The notes beneath the pieces were generated by a model, which saw nothing but the letters and a program-made list of their open reading frames with translations, searched no databases and was not told the origin of the DNA. This document shows, piece by piece, positions 55,263 to 64,000 of a DNA stretch of 64,000 nucleotides. Made by a program: the position numbers and the translations under genes. Position 1 is the first letter of the stretch. Every line of letters starts with the position of its first letter. The DNA is from Promethearchaeota archaeon (GTDB lineage Archaea > Asgardarchaeota > Thorarchaeia > Thorarchaeales > Thorarchaeaceae), in the NCBI GenBank assembly GCA_048939765.1, contig JBHLPF010000010.1, forward strand, positions 11,723 through 75,722. The letters are read 5' to 3'.

Positions 55263-58118
55263 ATGGCTCAGAAAGTTGAAACTGAAGCAAAGGCGTCAAG
55301 AATATCAATGCGCATTGAAGGAATGCATTGTGCCTCGTGTGTAGCCAAAATCGAGGACGCTTTGACAAATCAGGACGGAGTAATAAAAGCCAGCGTTAGC
55401 TTGCTTGATGAAAAAGCTGTTGTTGAATACGAATCTAATTTGGTGGATAGAAGCGTTTTAGAAAAAGCTGTAGAGTCAACTGGTTATCGTGCACGACGGC
55501 CAACAATGTCCATCACCCTTAACGGAGCCTCATCTTCTCTAGATTGGAATCTGATCATGAAAACCATGGAGCAACTAGAGGGAGTCATTACTGCTCGCGA
55601 ATTCAGGGACACCAGACGCATTTTGATTGAATATGATGATGAGCAACTGACCTACAAGATAGTTAGAAAAACACTGAAGGGCATTGGAGTTGAAATCGAG
55701 GAGGCTGCAGGAATTGAAGCAGATCGAGAATCCCTCGCTAGAGAGAAAGAAATCCACTATTATTCCCGTCTACTTGCATTCTCAGTTTTGTTGACAATTC
55801 CCGTCGTGCTTATCCACTTTGGCACTCTAACTTCGCTGTTTCCATCTGAAGAGCTGAGGAGGCTTCTCATGTTCCTTCTTGCCACGCCGGTTCAATTTAT
55901 TGCAGGTTACCCCTTCTACAAGTCAGCTCTCAAGGCGGCACGCCATTTTACTACAAATATGGATACGCTCATAATGCTGGGCACAAGCGCGGCTTACTTT
56001 TACTCGGTGGCAACTACCTTCTTGCCACAATGGAATGTTTACACGCCATTCTATGATTCAGCAGTTCTTCTTCTTAGCTTCATCCTACTTGGTCGAACTC
56101 TCGAAGCAATTGCAAAAGGACGCACGTCAAAAGCGATGCGAAGTTTGATGGATTTGCAGGCCAAGGTCGCCACAATTTTACGGGATGGCGAGGAAATGAT
56201 ACTCCCTATTGAAGATGTTGAAGTCGGAGATATAGTCCTGATAAAGCCTGGGGACAAAGTCCCAGTAGATGGCGAAGTCATTGATGGTCAGTCGAGTGTT
56301 GACGAGTCGATGATAACAGGAGAGCCAGAACCAGTCAAGAAGAAAGTAGGCGATCCAGTAGTTGGTGCAACCATCAATAAGAATGGCGTTCTTCGAGTCA
56401 AAGCAACTAAAGTTGGAATGGACACCGTCTTGTCTCAGATTGTCAAGCTTGTCGAAGAGGCTCAAACAAATAAGCCGCCTATTCAGCGAAAAGCCGACGC
56501 TATAGCGAGTAAATTCACGCCTGTTGTCATTATATTGGCGATTTCAACTTTCATTTTCTGGTTGTATATTTCCCCCATTCTGAATATAACTGACCCAATC
56601 TCGCGCGAATTTGTTGAATGGACACAAGCCCTGACCTTCAGTATTGCCGTACTTGTAGCAGCCTGCCCCTGTGCTTTGGGACTGGCTACTCCAACGGCAA
56701 TCATGGTCGGCATAGGAAAAGGAGCGCAGCATGGTATTCTGATAAAAGCTGGAGAAGGCCTTGAAGTCATTCCAACTGTTGACGCAATAGTATTCGACAA
56801 GACGGGTACTCTCACGATCGGAAGGCCCACGGTAACAGATTTGCACACATACGGAGATTACAGTGATGCAGAAGCTCTGCGACTCATCTCATCGGTGGAA
56901 AAGAACAGCGAGCATCCTCTAGCCGAAGCAGTAGTAAGATACACCGAAGAGCTTGGAATCAACATCCCGAATGCGTCTGATTTCGCCTCAACGACTGGAA
57001 GAGGTGTCCAGGCATTGGTAGAAGGACAGTTGGTTCTTGTGGGCAATGATAAGTTCATGAGAGAGAATTCCGTGGAAATTGCAGATGCTGAAGCCCAAGG
57101 ACTGATGCTACAGGAGAAAGGAAAGACGACCATCTTTGCCGCAATTGAAGGCGAGATGCTTGCACTCATAGGCATTGCTGACAAGCTCAAAGATACCTCC
57201 ATCCAAGCAGTTGAGAGCTTGAAGAGAATGGGCATAGAAGTGTGGATGATTACGGGCGATAAAGAGGCAACTGCACTAGCAATAGCAGAAACCGTTGGAA
57301 TTGACAAAGTGCTTGCAGAGGTTTTGCCAGCTGATAAAGCTGAGAAAGTCAAGGAACTGCAGCGCAGTGGATTGACTGTGGCAATGGCAGGTGATGGCGT
57401 CAACGATGCAGTTGCGCTTGCGCAAGCTGATGTCGGCATTGCGTTGGGGTCCGGAACTGACGTATCAGTTGAGACCGGTGATATCGTTCTTGTTAAGGAC
57501 AATTTGCTCGACGTGGTCACTGGAATCCAGCTGGGCGGGAAGACAATGTCTAAGATAAGGCAGGGATTCTTCTGGGCATTAATCTACAACATAGCGCTGC
57601 TTCCGCTTGCTGCAGGACTGTTGTTTCCGTCAGCTAACATTGTGTTGCGTCCAGAGGTTGCAGGTCTCGCAATGGCATTATCAAGTGTCAGTGTGGTGAC
57701 CAATGCATTGACACTCAATCGGTTCAAGCCTGAGCGTGCAACGCATCTGATTGGAAGTGTACCTCCCGCCGCCTATCAGGAAGGCGATGTCGCTGTCGAC
57801 CCGATCTGCAAGATGAAAGTGGAGATAGCGACGGCAGACCTATTCAGCGACTACAAAGGCAAGAGGTACTACTTCTGCAACCAATACTGTAAGGACACAT
57901 TTGATGGGAACCCTGCAGAGCATGAGGAGGTGACGGATACGGAAGAAGAGATTCCAAAGGTCGCAGTTGACCCTATCTGCAAAATGGACGTGGATGTGGC
58001 CACAGCTGAGCTGTTCAGTGACTTCGAGGGAAAGAGGTACTACTTCTGCTCGCTCAATTGCAAGCAGACCTTTGATGCAGACCCAGAGAAGTATCGCGAC
58101 CAAGATGCCAGAGTCTAG
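55263..58118 (+). CDS. copA: copper-translocating P1B-type ATPase with N-terminal HMA, degenerate second HMA and two C-terminal YHS domains
   Basis: Motifs GMHCASC (HMA), TGEP, CPC ([12 protein letters not shown]), DKTGTLT, SEHPLA and GDGVNDA are present. The tail carries DPICKM...KRYYFC twice. GGTGA lies upstream of the ATG. Confidence 0.95.
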   Translation: MAQKVETEAKASRISMRIEGMHCASCVAKIEDALTNQDGVIKASVSLLDEKAVVEYESNLVDRSVLEKAVESTGYRARRPTMSITLNGASSSLDWNLIMKTMEQLEGVITAREFRDTRRILIEYDDEQLTYKIVRKTLKGIGVEIEEAAGIEADRESLAREKEIHYYSRLLAFSVLLTIPVVLIHFGTLTSLFPSEELRRLLMFLLATPVQFIAGYPFYKSALKAARHFTTNMDTLIMLGTSAAYFYSVATTFLPQWNVYTPFYDSAVLLLSFILLGRTLEAIAKGRTSKAMRSLMDLQAKVATILRDGEEMILPIEDVEVGDIVLIKPGDKVPVDGEVIDGQSSVDESMITGEPEPVKKKVGDPVVGATINKNGVLRVKATKVGMDTVLSQIVKLVEEAQTNKPPIQRKADAIASKFTPVVIILAISTFIFWLYISPILNITDPISREFVEWTQALTFSIAVLVAACPCALGLATPTAIMVGIGKGAQHGILIKAGEGLEVIPTVDAIVFDKTGTLTIGRPTVTDLHTYGDYSDAEALRLISSVEKNSEHPLAEAVVRYTEELGINIPNASDFASTTGRGVQALVEGQLVLVGNDKFMRENSVEIADAEAQGLMLQEKGKTTIFAAIEGEMLALIGIADKLKDTSIQAVESLKRMGIEVWMITGDKEATALAIAETVGIDKVLAEVLPADKAEKVKELQRSGLTVAMAGDGVNDAVALAQADVGIALGSGTDVSVETGDIVLVKDNLLDVVTGIQLGGKTMSKIRQGFFWALIYNIALLPLAAGLLFPSANIVLRPEVAGLAMALSSVSVVTNALTLNRFKPERATHLIGSVPPAAYQEGDVAVDPICKMKVEIATADLFSDYKGKRYYFCNQYCKDTFDGNPAEHEEVTDTEEEIPKVAVDPICKMDVDVATAELFSDFEGKRYYFCSLNCKQTFDADPEKYRDQDARV

Positions 58119-58138
58119 CGACCAGAAATGACTGAAGA

Positions 58139-58522
58139 TTAGTCAGCATCGAGCTTGAATTCCTTGCCGCAATTCTGGCATACCACCCTTCGTCCTTCCA
58201 GAATCTTCGATTGATAGTAGTAATAGCTGGCACCACAGAAGTAGCAAGTGCCCCAATTCTCTGGATGCTTGGCAATGTCAATCTCATGTTCTACTGTTTC
58301 AACATCCCACCTCGGACCAAAGTATGTGAAGGTACACTCTTCATCTGATGGGCCTCTCTCAATTGTTATGACAACAGGTATGAATTTTTGATATCCTTGC
58401 GTGTACCCAACATAGTATTCAATCTTGAATCCATCATTGTCCCAAACCCTAGAATATACGGTTTGATAGCGCGCAGCCAACCTCCCCATAAGCGCCTCTG
58501 CGCTCTCTCCGGTGAGTTTCAT
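58139..58522 (-). CDS. small protein with C-terminal zinc-ribbon, unknown function
   Basis: The 127-aa protein contains CYFCG-x19-CQNCG near its C-terminus. I recognise no other motif. Confidence 0.5.
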   Translation of the reverse strand: MKLTGESAEALMGRLAARYQTVYSRVWDNDGFKIEYYVGYTQGYQKFIPVVITIERGPSDEECTFTYFGPRWDVETVEHEIDIAKHPENWGTCYFCGASYYYYQSKILEGRRVVCQNCGKEFKLDAD

Positions 58523-58661
58523 CGAGAGCTCTTCATTGTCATTAATCCTAATTGCCAGATTGTTCCCTCATTACCGTTTGAATAAATAGGGAGCTTGAAG
58601 AGATTTAAGGTGCCGCTCCTACAAGATTCGTGCTTCATGAATTGAAGGAGGAGAATTGTGA

Positions 58662-60020
58662 ATGCTTCCTTTCTATAAGAAAGTCTCATACGGAATGGGA
58701 CGCTTTGGGTCGTCGTTTCTATTGACTCTAACTGGCCTCACTGCGTTCTGGATATATGGGACTGTTTTTGAGCTAAACTGGCTTCTTGATGGAATAGCAC
58801 TTGCTGCATCCTATGTTGTCATCGGTCTAACACATTGGGGCATAGGCTTCTTGAGTGATAGGACTGAAACCAGATGGGGGCGAAGAAAGCCCTACGTTAT
58901 CATTGGAGCACCAGGACTGGCAATTACCGGATTCCTACTCTTTGTGCCCAACTGGTTTCTTGACACCTCGAACCTATCTTTAGAGTATGTCATTTTCGGG
59001 TATTACTTGTTCTTCATCTGTGCTTTCAAGTTCTTTTACGCATTCCTTCTCACAGCGTTTCAGGCTTGGTTGCCCGAGATAACTGATGAGGATGAACGTC
59101 CATTGGTGTCAAGCATGCAGAACACGGCAAATTGGATTGCTAATGGACTTGGAGTGGTTATTGGATTCGTTACTCCATTGTTCTTTGTGGCTGCACCTCC
59201 AGGCTTGAGTTCAATCGGATTCATGATAGTCCTGGCTTTCGCAATCATCACTGTTTTGTTCTACCTGCCATCGATAGCTTTCGTCAGGGAAAAACCTGGC
59301 CTAGTGCCTACGAGGAGGAGCATGAGGGAGGAAACGAAGACAGTATTGGAGAACCCTGTATACGTGAGGTGGGTATTCATTTCAGGATTTCTGTCGTTCA
59401 GCTTTTCAGCCATAACAACTCAAATTGTGGGCTATGCTCAGAGTGTGCTACTTCTGACCTCGATGGATCTTTTGCTACCTCCCGCAATTGGCCTTCTTGT
59501 GTCAATCATCATCTTTCTTTACTTGTGGGTCAAAATGATTCATAAGGTTGGCAAAGGCCGCCTGTTGTTCTACTCCATGATCATCCTTGCCTTTCTGATG
59601 GCGATGACGCCAGTTGTTGGTTGGCTTGCAGGTGTAATCTCGAATGTCATTGTGGCCTTCTTTTACTTCATTCCTTTGGCCGCTTGTATGGCTGTGTGGT
59701 ATCTAATGAGCTACATTGTTCCAGCTGACATCGCACATGTTGACGAACTAAGGACCGGAAAGGGTCGTGCGGGAATGTATGAGGGCTTTAAGGGAGTACC
59801 ACTGAATATATTCCAAGCCATGACTGCCCTGTCTCTTGGTGGTCTCATGAGCTTCTCTGTGGCTAGTACAGGCAGTGAGCTGTTCGGCTACCTGTGGTGG
59901 GGACCAATCTTCGCTCCATTCCTGCTGATTTCAGCCTGGATTCTGCGATCCACGAACGTTGATCCTGATTTCGAGGCATTGAAGGCTCAGGCACAGGTAG
60001 GAGAAATACACGAACAATAA
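58662..60020 (+). CDS. MFS transporter of the GPH (glycoside-pentoside-hexuronide:cation symporter) type
   Basis: It has about 12 TM helices. The loop LSDRTETRWGRRKPYVIIGAP matches the GPH D-x-T-x(3)-G-R-R-x-P signature. Confidence 0.8.
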   Translation: MLPFYKKVSYGMGRFGSSFLLTLTGLTAFWIYGTVFELNWLLDGIALAASYVVIGLTHWGIGFLSDRTETRWGRRKPYVIIGAPGLAITGFLLFVPNWFLDTSNLSLEYVIFGYYLFFICAFKFFYAFLLTAFQAWLPEITDEDERPLVSSMQNTANWIANGLGVVIGFVTPLFFVAAPPGLSSIGFMIVLAFAIITVLFYLPSIAFVREKPGLVPTRRSMREETKTVLENPVYVRWVFISGFLSFSFSAITTQIVGYAQSVLLLTSMDLLLPPAIGLLVSIIIFLYLWVKMIHKVGKGRLLFYSMIILAFLMAMTPVVGWLAGVISNVIVAFFYFIPLAACMAVWYLMSYIVPADIAHVDELRTGKGRAGMYEGFKGVPLNIFQAMTALSLGGLMSFSVASTGSELFGYLWWGPIFAPFLLISAWILRSTNVDPDFEALKAQAQVGEIHEQ

Positions 60021-60088
60021 TCGGATGGATATGTTGGAAGTGCCCAGTCAGGCGCTTCCTCTCCATCCCTTTCATCTATTTGGGAAAT

Positions 60089-61024
60089 TTACAATAGGAA
60101 GAAGTTTCCCTCCGCAACAAGCTTGACTTTTCCCGAAACCTCCATCTCTTCGAAAGTTGCGCCCCCGACAACCTGCGAGATTAAATTGCTTGGTCGCCGT
60201 ATTTCAAATCCCTGTTCAATGACCACCGGCTCTGCAAAATCGCGCCCACTCTGAACATCATATTTTCGGACATAGGCACCTAGCGGCCCCGCAGCACTTC
60301 CTGTTGCAGGATCCTCCAGCACACCCACTCCAGGTGCAAACATCCGTGCATGGACAGAAGAGTCCTCATGGACTGTCTCGGTTGAGAAGATGACAATCTC
60401 CTGACTCAATTCGCCAGCTAATGTATTCATGATCTCATTTGGACTTGGTTCTGCTGATTGTACTGCTTTGAGACTTCTCAATTGTACAATCAAAAAAGGG
60501 AATCCAGTTGAGACCCATTGAATTGGGCTAGTATTCAAGATGTCATCAGGATTAATCTGAATTGCCTTGGCAATTGCCTTAATGTCATTGAATTCAGCAA
60601 GAAACTCTGGTTTGCTCTGTTTCATCAGGACTGTATCACCCGAGAGAAACTCTACAGGAGTAGGCCCAATACCAAGCTCCAATTTGGCTACCTTAATCTC
60701 CTCTGATATGAGGCCCTTATGCTTCATAACAAACGCGGTGCCAAGAGTCGGATGTCCAGCAAATGGTATCTCGGCGCCAGGAGTGAAGATGCGCACTTTT
60801 GCAGCACAATTAGACTTCTCAGAAGAGAGTATGAATGTTGTTTCAGAGAAGTTGAACTCCAGAGCCATGCCCTGCATTTCTTCTGTTGTCAGGTCGAGAT
60901 TCCGCTCAGAGTTCCAAAACGTAGCTAGTTGATTTCCACCGAAACCATATCTATCATCAGTGAACACACTAGTCTGTACAAAAGGGAATGAACGCAATGC
61001 CATCTCACCTAGATATACATACAT
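60089..61024 (-). CDS. PhzF-family isomerase/epimerase-like protein
   Basis: Motifs FPFVQTSVFTD, GGNQLATF, FSETTFI and FAGHPTLGTA are present. The start is ATG at 61024 or at 61003. Confidence 0.85.
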   Translation of the reverse strand: MYVYLGEMALRSFPFVQTSVFTDDRYGFGGNQLATFWNSERNLDLTTEEMQGMALEFNFSETTFILSSEKSNCAAKVRIFTPGAEIPFAGHPTLGTAFVMKHKGLISEEIKVAKLELGIGPTPVEFLSGDTVLMKQSKPEFLAEFNDIKAIAKAIQINPDDILNTSPIQWVSTGFPFLIVQLRSLKAVQSAEPSPNEIMNTLAGELSQEIVIFSTETVHEDSSVHARMFAPGVGVLEDPATGSAAGPLGAYVRKYDVQSGRDFAEPVVIEQGFEIRRPSNLISQVVGGATFEEMEVSGKVKLVAEGNFFLL

Positions 61025-61070
61025 CGCATTCCTGCTTTAAGCAGCTCCTCTGAAGCAACTTGCTCCTAAC

Positions 61071-61583
61071 TCAGCACCCGACCTTATCGAGCTCGCCCTG
61101 ACAAATCTCGCGGTCTTGTTTATCCTCAAGTTTGTCGATGAGCTCCTGGGACATCTTGGTATATTTCCTACATTCATCATTGTTGCCTGCTGCAGCATGC
61201 GCCTTAGCGATTGCCTCGTATACGAATGGCATGTCAAAACTGGCCCAGTTGTCAACATCTTCCTTCTCCGCCTTCTTTGCCAGATCATGCATCATGTTTG
61301 CATATCTAACAGCCTGTTCCCCATTCCTCATATGAGAGAAGACACGTGAAATCATGTAGACTGCTCGAACATCATTTGTTAGTGTGCCTACTTGCTTCCA
61401 GTGATAGCGAGATGTGTAAGCCATTTCAAGAGCATCTTCAAGTTCTGCATCTGTTGGATTAGCATTGTCTAGGACGCCCCAGACACCTCCATTGGTCTTC
61501 GCGCCTAGTTTCTTATGAAACTCATTGAGAGTTAGTTTTTCGTCAGCCAAAATTGAACCCTCGAAGCATATCGAGGATAACAA
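61071..61583 (-). CDS. hypothetical soluble helical protein
   Basis: The 170-aa ORF has coding-like composition and sits between well-supported genes. I recognise no motif. Confidence 0.5.
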   Translation of the reverse strand: MLSSICFEGSILADEKLTLNEFHKKLGAKTNGGVWGVLDNANPTDAELEDALEMAYTSRYHWKQVGTLTNDVRAVYMISRVFSHMRNGEQAVRYANMMHDLAKKAEKEDVDNWASFDMPFVYEAIAKAHAAAGNNDECRKYTKMSQELIDKLEDKQDREICQGELDKVGC

Positions 61584-61678
61584 TTGTTAATAAATGTCTC
61601 TATCTCTCATTAGTAAATGGAACAGATGGCATACCTTCATGTCAATTAACTCCATCACCAAGAATCTGAACCAGTTCC

Positions 61679-61717
61679 AATGCAAAAATGGCAATATATA
61701 TAGGAATTATTTGCATT
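61679..61717. promoter_or_regulatory. inverted repeat bracketing a TATA-like box upstream of the MarR/GbsR-like gene
   Basis: AATGCAAA (61679-61686) and TTTGCATT (61710-61717) flank ATATATATA (about 61694-61702). The site is 28 nt upstream of the ATG at 61745. Confidence 0.35.
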
Positions 61718-61744
61718 AAATAAATCCTAGGAGCGTTTCATCAT

Positions 61745-62221
61745 ATGCTTGACTTAAATTCCCCCTCCAATCGTGATCTTGTTCACTTCTTCGAAAAGCA
61801 TTCAGAATGGCTTGGTTTGGGGCGATATGATGGATTAGTCTTGGCCGCCATAGCAATCAACGAGTTCGAGAATAATGACATGCTTAGCGCTGATGAAATA
61901 GCCGAATATACAGGATACTCGCGTAGCAACATAGGCCTAATTCTATCTCAGCTTGAGAATCTCGGTGTGATAGCATGGCATTCTGATCCTTCTCATAGAG
62001 GGAGAGGGCGAAAAAAGCATCTCTATCGTCTTTCCAAAGGTGCCAATTCGATAATGAGGATCGGGCTAAAGAAAGTCGTTGATAGATTGAAGGATTCAAT
62101 CGAAGAGATGCGAATATTGATGGAAACCTATGGAAATGAAATGCCTCATATCAAGGATATGTTGGATGAGATGACGCAGGACGCAGAAGAAGCACTATCC
62201 TGTGTCGCAAAATTGTCTTAG
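61745..62221 (+). CDS. MarR/GbsR-like winged-HTH transcriptional regulator
   Basis: The segment LSADEIAEYTGYSRSNIGLILSQLENLGVIAWHSDPSHRGRGRKKHLYRL shows HTH, wing and basic hairpin as in GbsR/MarR-type regulators. Confidence 0.7.
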   Translation: MLDLNSPSNRDLVHFFEKHSEWLGLGRYDGLVLAAIAINEFENNDMLSADEIAEYTGYSRSNIGLILSQLENLGVIAWHSDPSHRGRGRKKHLYRLSKGANSIMRIGLKKVVDRLKDSIEEMRILMETYGNEMPHIKDMLDEMTQDAEEALSCVAKLS

Positions 62222-62985
62222 AACGCGAGCCAACCTCCATCCACTGCGAGTGTGTGACCAGTGATATATTTCGCATCATCACTTGCTAGGAAGCATGCTG
62301 CGCCTCTAATCCACTCATTCTCAGCAAACATAGGCAAGGCTGTCCGCGGCTTAATCATCGTGTTTGCTATCTTCTTATCCCGCATAGCTTCGATTGACAT
62401 GGCGGTGGGGAAGAAACCTGGCGCTATAGCATTCACCCGAATATTGTGTTCTCCAAGCTCGACAGCTAGAGCCTTGGTCATGGCTACCATTCCTCCCTTT
62501 GATGCGTAGTAGCTCACCTCTGTAAACTTGGTTCCTCCAAAGCCAAAGGTAGAAGACATGTTGATGATCGACCCAAACTTCTTCGGAATCATCACCTTGG
62601 CCACTTCACGTGTCGCCAAGAATGCAGATGTCAGATTCACATCCATTACCTTATTCCAATCTTTCAGGGTCTGTTCAACAAGTGGCTTTACAATATACAT
62701 TCCAGCATTGTTGACTAGCACATCAACTGTGCCAAGCTTATCCACTGTAGTGCCCACCAGATTGATGATATCTTCTTCCTTTCGAACGTCACACTGAATG
62801 GGGATTGCTCTCACGTTGTATTTCTCGGTCACATCATTTGCGATCTTATCCAAGAGATCTTTTCGTCTAGCTGCAAGAACAACATGTGCTCCCGATTCTG
62901 CAAATCCGTGGGCGAATTGCTCTCCCAAACCAGCGGAAGCTCCCGTAATTATCACCACTCTATCAGTAAGGTCGTAGTTCACCAC
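62218..62985 (-). CDS. short-chain dehydrogenase/reductase (FabG-like SDR)
   Basis: Motifs TGASAGLG (TGxxxGxG), NNAG, the catalytic YYASKGG (YxxxK) and the PG motif IAPGFF are present. Confidence 0.9.
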   Translation of the reverse strand: MVNYDLTDRVVIITGASAGLGEQFAHGFAESGAHVVLAARRKDLLDKIANDVTEKYNVRAIPIQCDVRKEEDIINLVGTTVDKLGTVDVLVNNAGMYIVKPLVEQTLKDWNKVMDVNLTSAFLATREVAKVMIPKKFGSIINMSSTFGFGGTKFTEVSYYASKGGMVAMTKALAVELGEHNIRVNAIAPGFFPTAMSIEAMRDKKIANTMIKPRTALPMFAENEWIRGAACFLASDDAKYITGHTLAVDGGWLAF

Positions 62986-63098
62986 TCTGTTCTCTCTCCA
63001 ATAGTTATGTTAATGGGGACAAACCAAGGACCCCCATATAAACAGGCAAGATTCCTAGCCTGCGTCAAGGAAAAGCGAATATCTATGGCGGAGTATTG

Positions 63099-64000
63099 TT
63101 ACGTTACAGTTTCTTCAGAGCCCTTACGAATCTGACGATATCTCATCAGACCAATTGGAACCACAATAATGAGCCAAATAATAATGTCCCCCATAGTGGA
63201 CATCAAAGAGTATTGATTCCCCGGATCGAGCCATAGAGACCCCAGCCTCATCATTTTGATGAGTGGAAATACAAGGACCAGACCAAAGGCTCTCTTTAGC
63301 TGAACCGCATTCACTCGAGCAGCCAACGGAGGGCCAATCTGTCCTCCAACCACCATTCCTGCGCCAAGTGCCAAGGCATAAGTCGGATCAATGAATCCAG
63401 TGATATAATTCAGGACTGTTCCCGCTGAAGCGGTAAAGATCATTGTGAACATCGAAGTGGAAACAGCCGCCAGCATCGGTAGACCCATGAGAAGGCTCAG
63501 CACAGGAACTATTATTGCACCCCCACCTATGCCAAGGAGTCCAGCTGCTACGCCGCCGATAAAGGCACCAACAAGTGAGAATGCCAATCGCTGGCTTGAT
63601 AGCGCCGAAAAATCGTAATTCTCAATCTCTGACTTATTGTCATCATTCTTTCTTCTCTTTGCAAAGAGCATCTTGATTGCTACCGGGAAGAGAGAGACAC
63701 CGAATATTAGGCGAAGTGCATAGTCCTCTGCAATCAGGGTTCGGAGAAAAACGCCGAACAATGAGCCCGGGATTGTGGTGATAGCTAGGAACAACCCTGC
63801 TCGGGGAATGACTGGTCGAGGATTCTGCCTCCAGTATTTTGGTGCACTAGCTGCGGCAACAAACAATGCAGCAACCAGGGCTGTAGCTGAAGCATGCTGT
63901 GCATCGAAGAAGAAGACAAGAATCAATAACGGAGTGTTGAAGATGCCACCACCAATTCCTAGCATAGAAGCAATTGTTCCTACGGCTACGGCATAAAAGG
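63099..64000 (-). CDS. TauE/SafE (DUF81) family anion exporter, 5' end beyond window
   Basis: There are two GIGGG(I/A) repeats (LGIGGGIFNTPLL and LGIGGGAIIVPVL). The frame remains open upstream of the track's Met (…FYAVAVGTIAS-M) to position 64000. Confidence 0.8.
   Translation of the reverse strand, partial: FYAVAVGTIASMLGIGGGIFNTPLLILVFFFDAQHASATALVAALFVAAASAPKYWRQNPRPVIPRAGLFLAITTIPGSLFGVFLRTLIAEDYALRLIFGVSLFPVAIKMLFAKRRKNDDNKSEIENYDFSALSSQRLAFSLVGAFIGGVAAGLLGIGGGAIIVPVLSLLMGLPMLAAVSTSMFTMIFTASAGTVLNYITGFIDPTYALALGAGMVVGGQIGPPLAARVNAVQLKRAFGLVLVFPLIKMMRLGSLWLDPGNQYSLMSTMGDIIIWLIIVVPIGLMRYRQIRKGSEETVT

Noticed and set aside
56858-57520. A 220-aa minus-strand ORF lies inside copA, along with several other antisense ORFs within copA (55575-57520).
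   Set aside because: They are Ser/Thr/Ala-rich, low-complexity translations lying entirely antisense to a strongly supported P-type ATPase gene. This is a typical shadow ORF.
61031-61045. The palindrome CTGCTT-T-AAGCAG lies between the 170-aa ORF and the PhzF-like gene.
   Set aside because: The one-nucleotide centre cannot form an RNA hairpin loop, and the 6-bp arms are short enough to occur by chance. I considered it not worth a call.
1-64000. I searched for CRISPR arrays, rRNA/tRNA genes, transposases, integrases, and prophage or IS boundaries.
   Set aside because: I saw no regularly spaced direct repeats, no tRNA-like cloverleaf (the T-loop-like strings near 700 and 51075 lack complementary stems), and no recombinase or transposase motifs in any long ORF. 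This was a by-eye scan only, so tRNAscan-SE, Infernal and ISEScan should confirm it.

Overview
The window is a gene-dense chromosomal segment with about 55 supportable CDS on both strands. I found no rRNA, tRNA, CRISPR array, integrase or transposase by eye. Several lines suggest an archaeon, most plausibly an Asgard lineage, though this is inference and not a database result. They are A/T-rich TATA-like boxes overlapped by palindromes upstream of genes, a Dim1/KsgA gene, three Rab/Ras-like small GTPases (WDLAGQ, NKxD, SAK motifs, no prenylation Cys), and HEAT-repeat and EF-hand features. Many genes have GGAGG/GGTGA Shine-Dalgarno-like sites and TTG/GTG starts, and several ORF-track 5' ends look over-extended; I re-called those starts. 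Recognisable content: (1) Transport: an ABC-2 exporter operon, two MFS/GPH transporters, EamA and TauE. (2) Proteases and signalling: an HtrA protease, an M48 protease, and two orphan sensor histidine kinases. (3) DNA repair and genotoxin handling: GyrI-like, Fpg/Nei-like, ExoIII and YcaQ/AlkZ-like genes. (4) A copper locus: a small YHS protein, a PadR-TRASH fusion regulator, and a CopA P1B-ATPase with two C-terminal YHS domains. (5) A second PadR module with textbook ATGT-N8-ACAT operators. (6) Two large, sequon-rich surface proteins. The most unusual items are as follows. First, a single 2,086-aa ORF that is almost wholly transmembrane helices. Second, diverging from it, a multi-zinc-ribbon protein followed by an SF2 helicase that carries a hydrophobic hairpin. 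Third, a phased GATATATC dyad repeated four times across the copper locus. Fourth, an EF-hand loop on a membrane M48 protease located next to a small GTPase. All family calls rest on motif recognition in the translated ORFs, and no searches were run.
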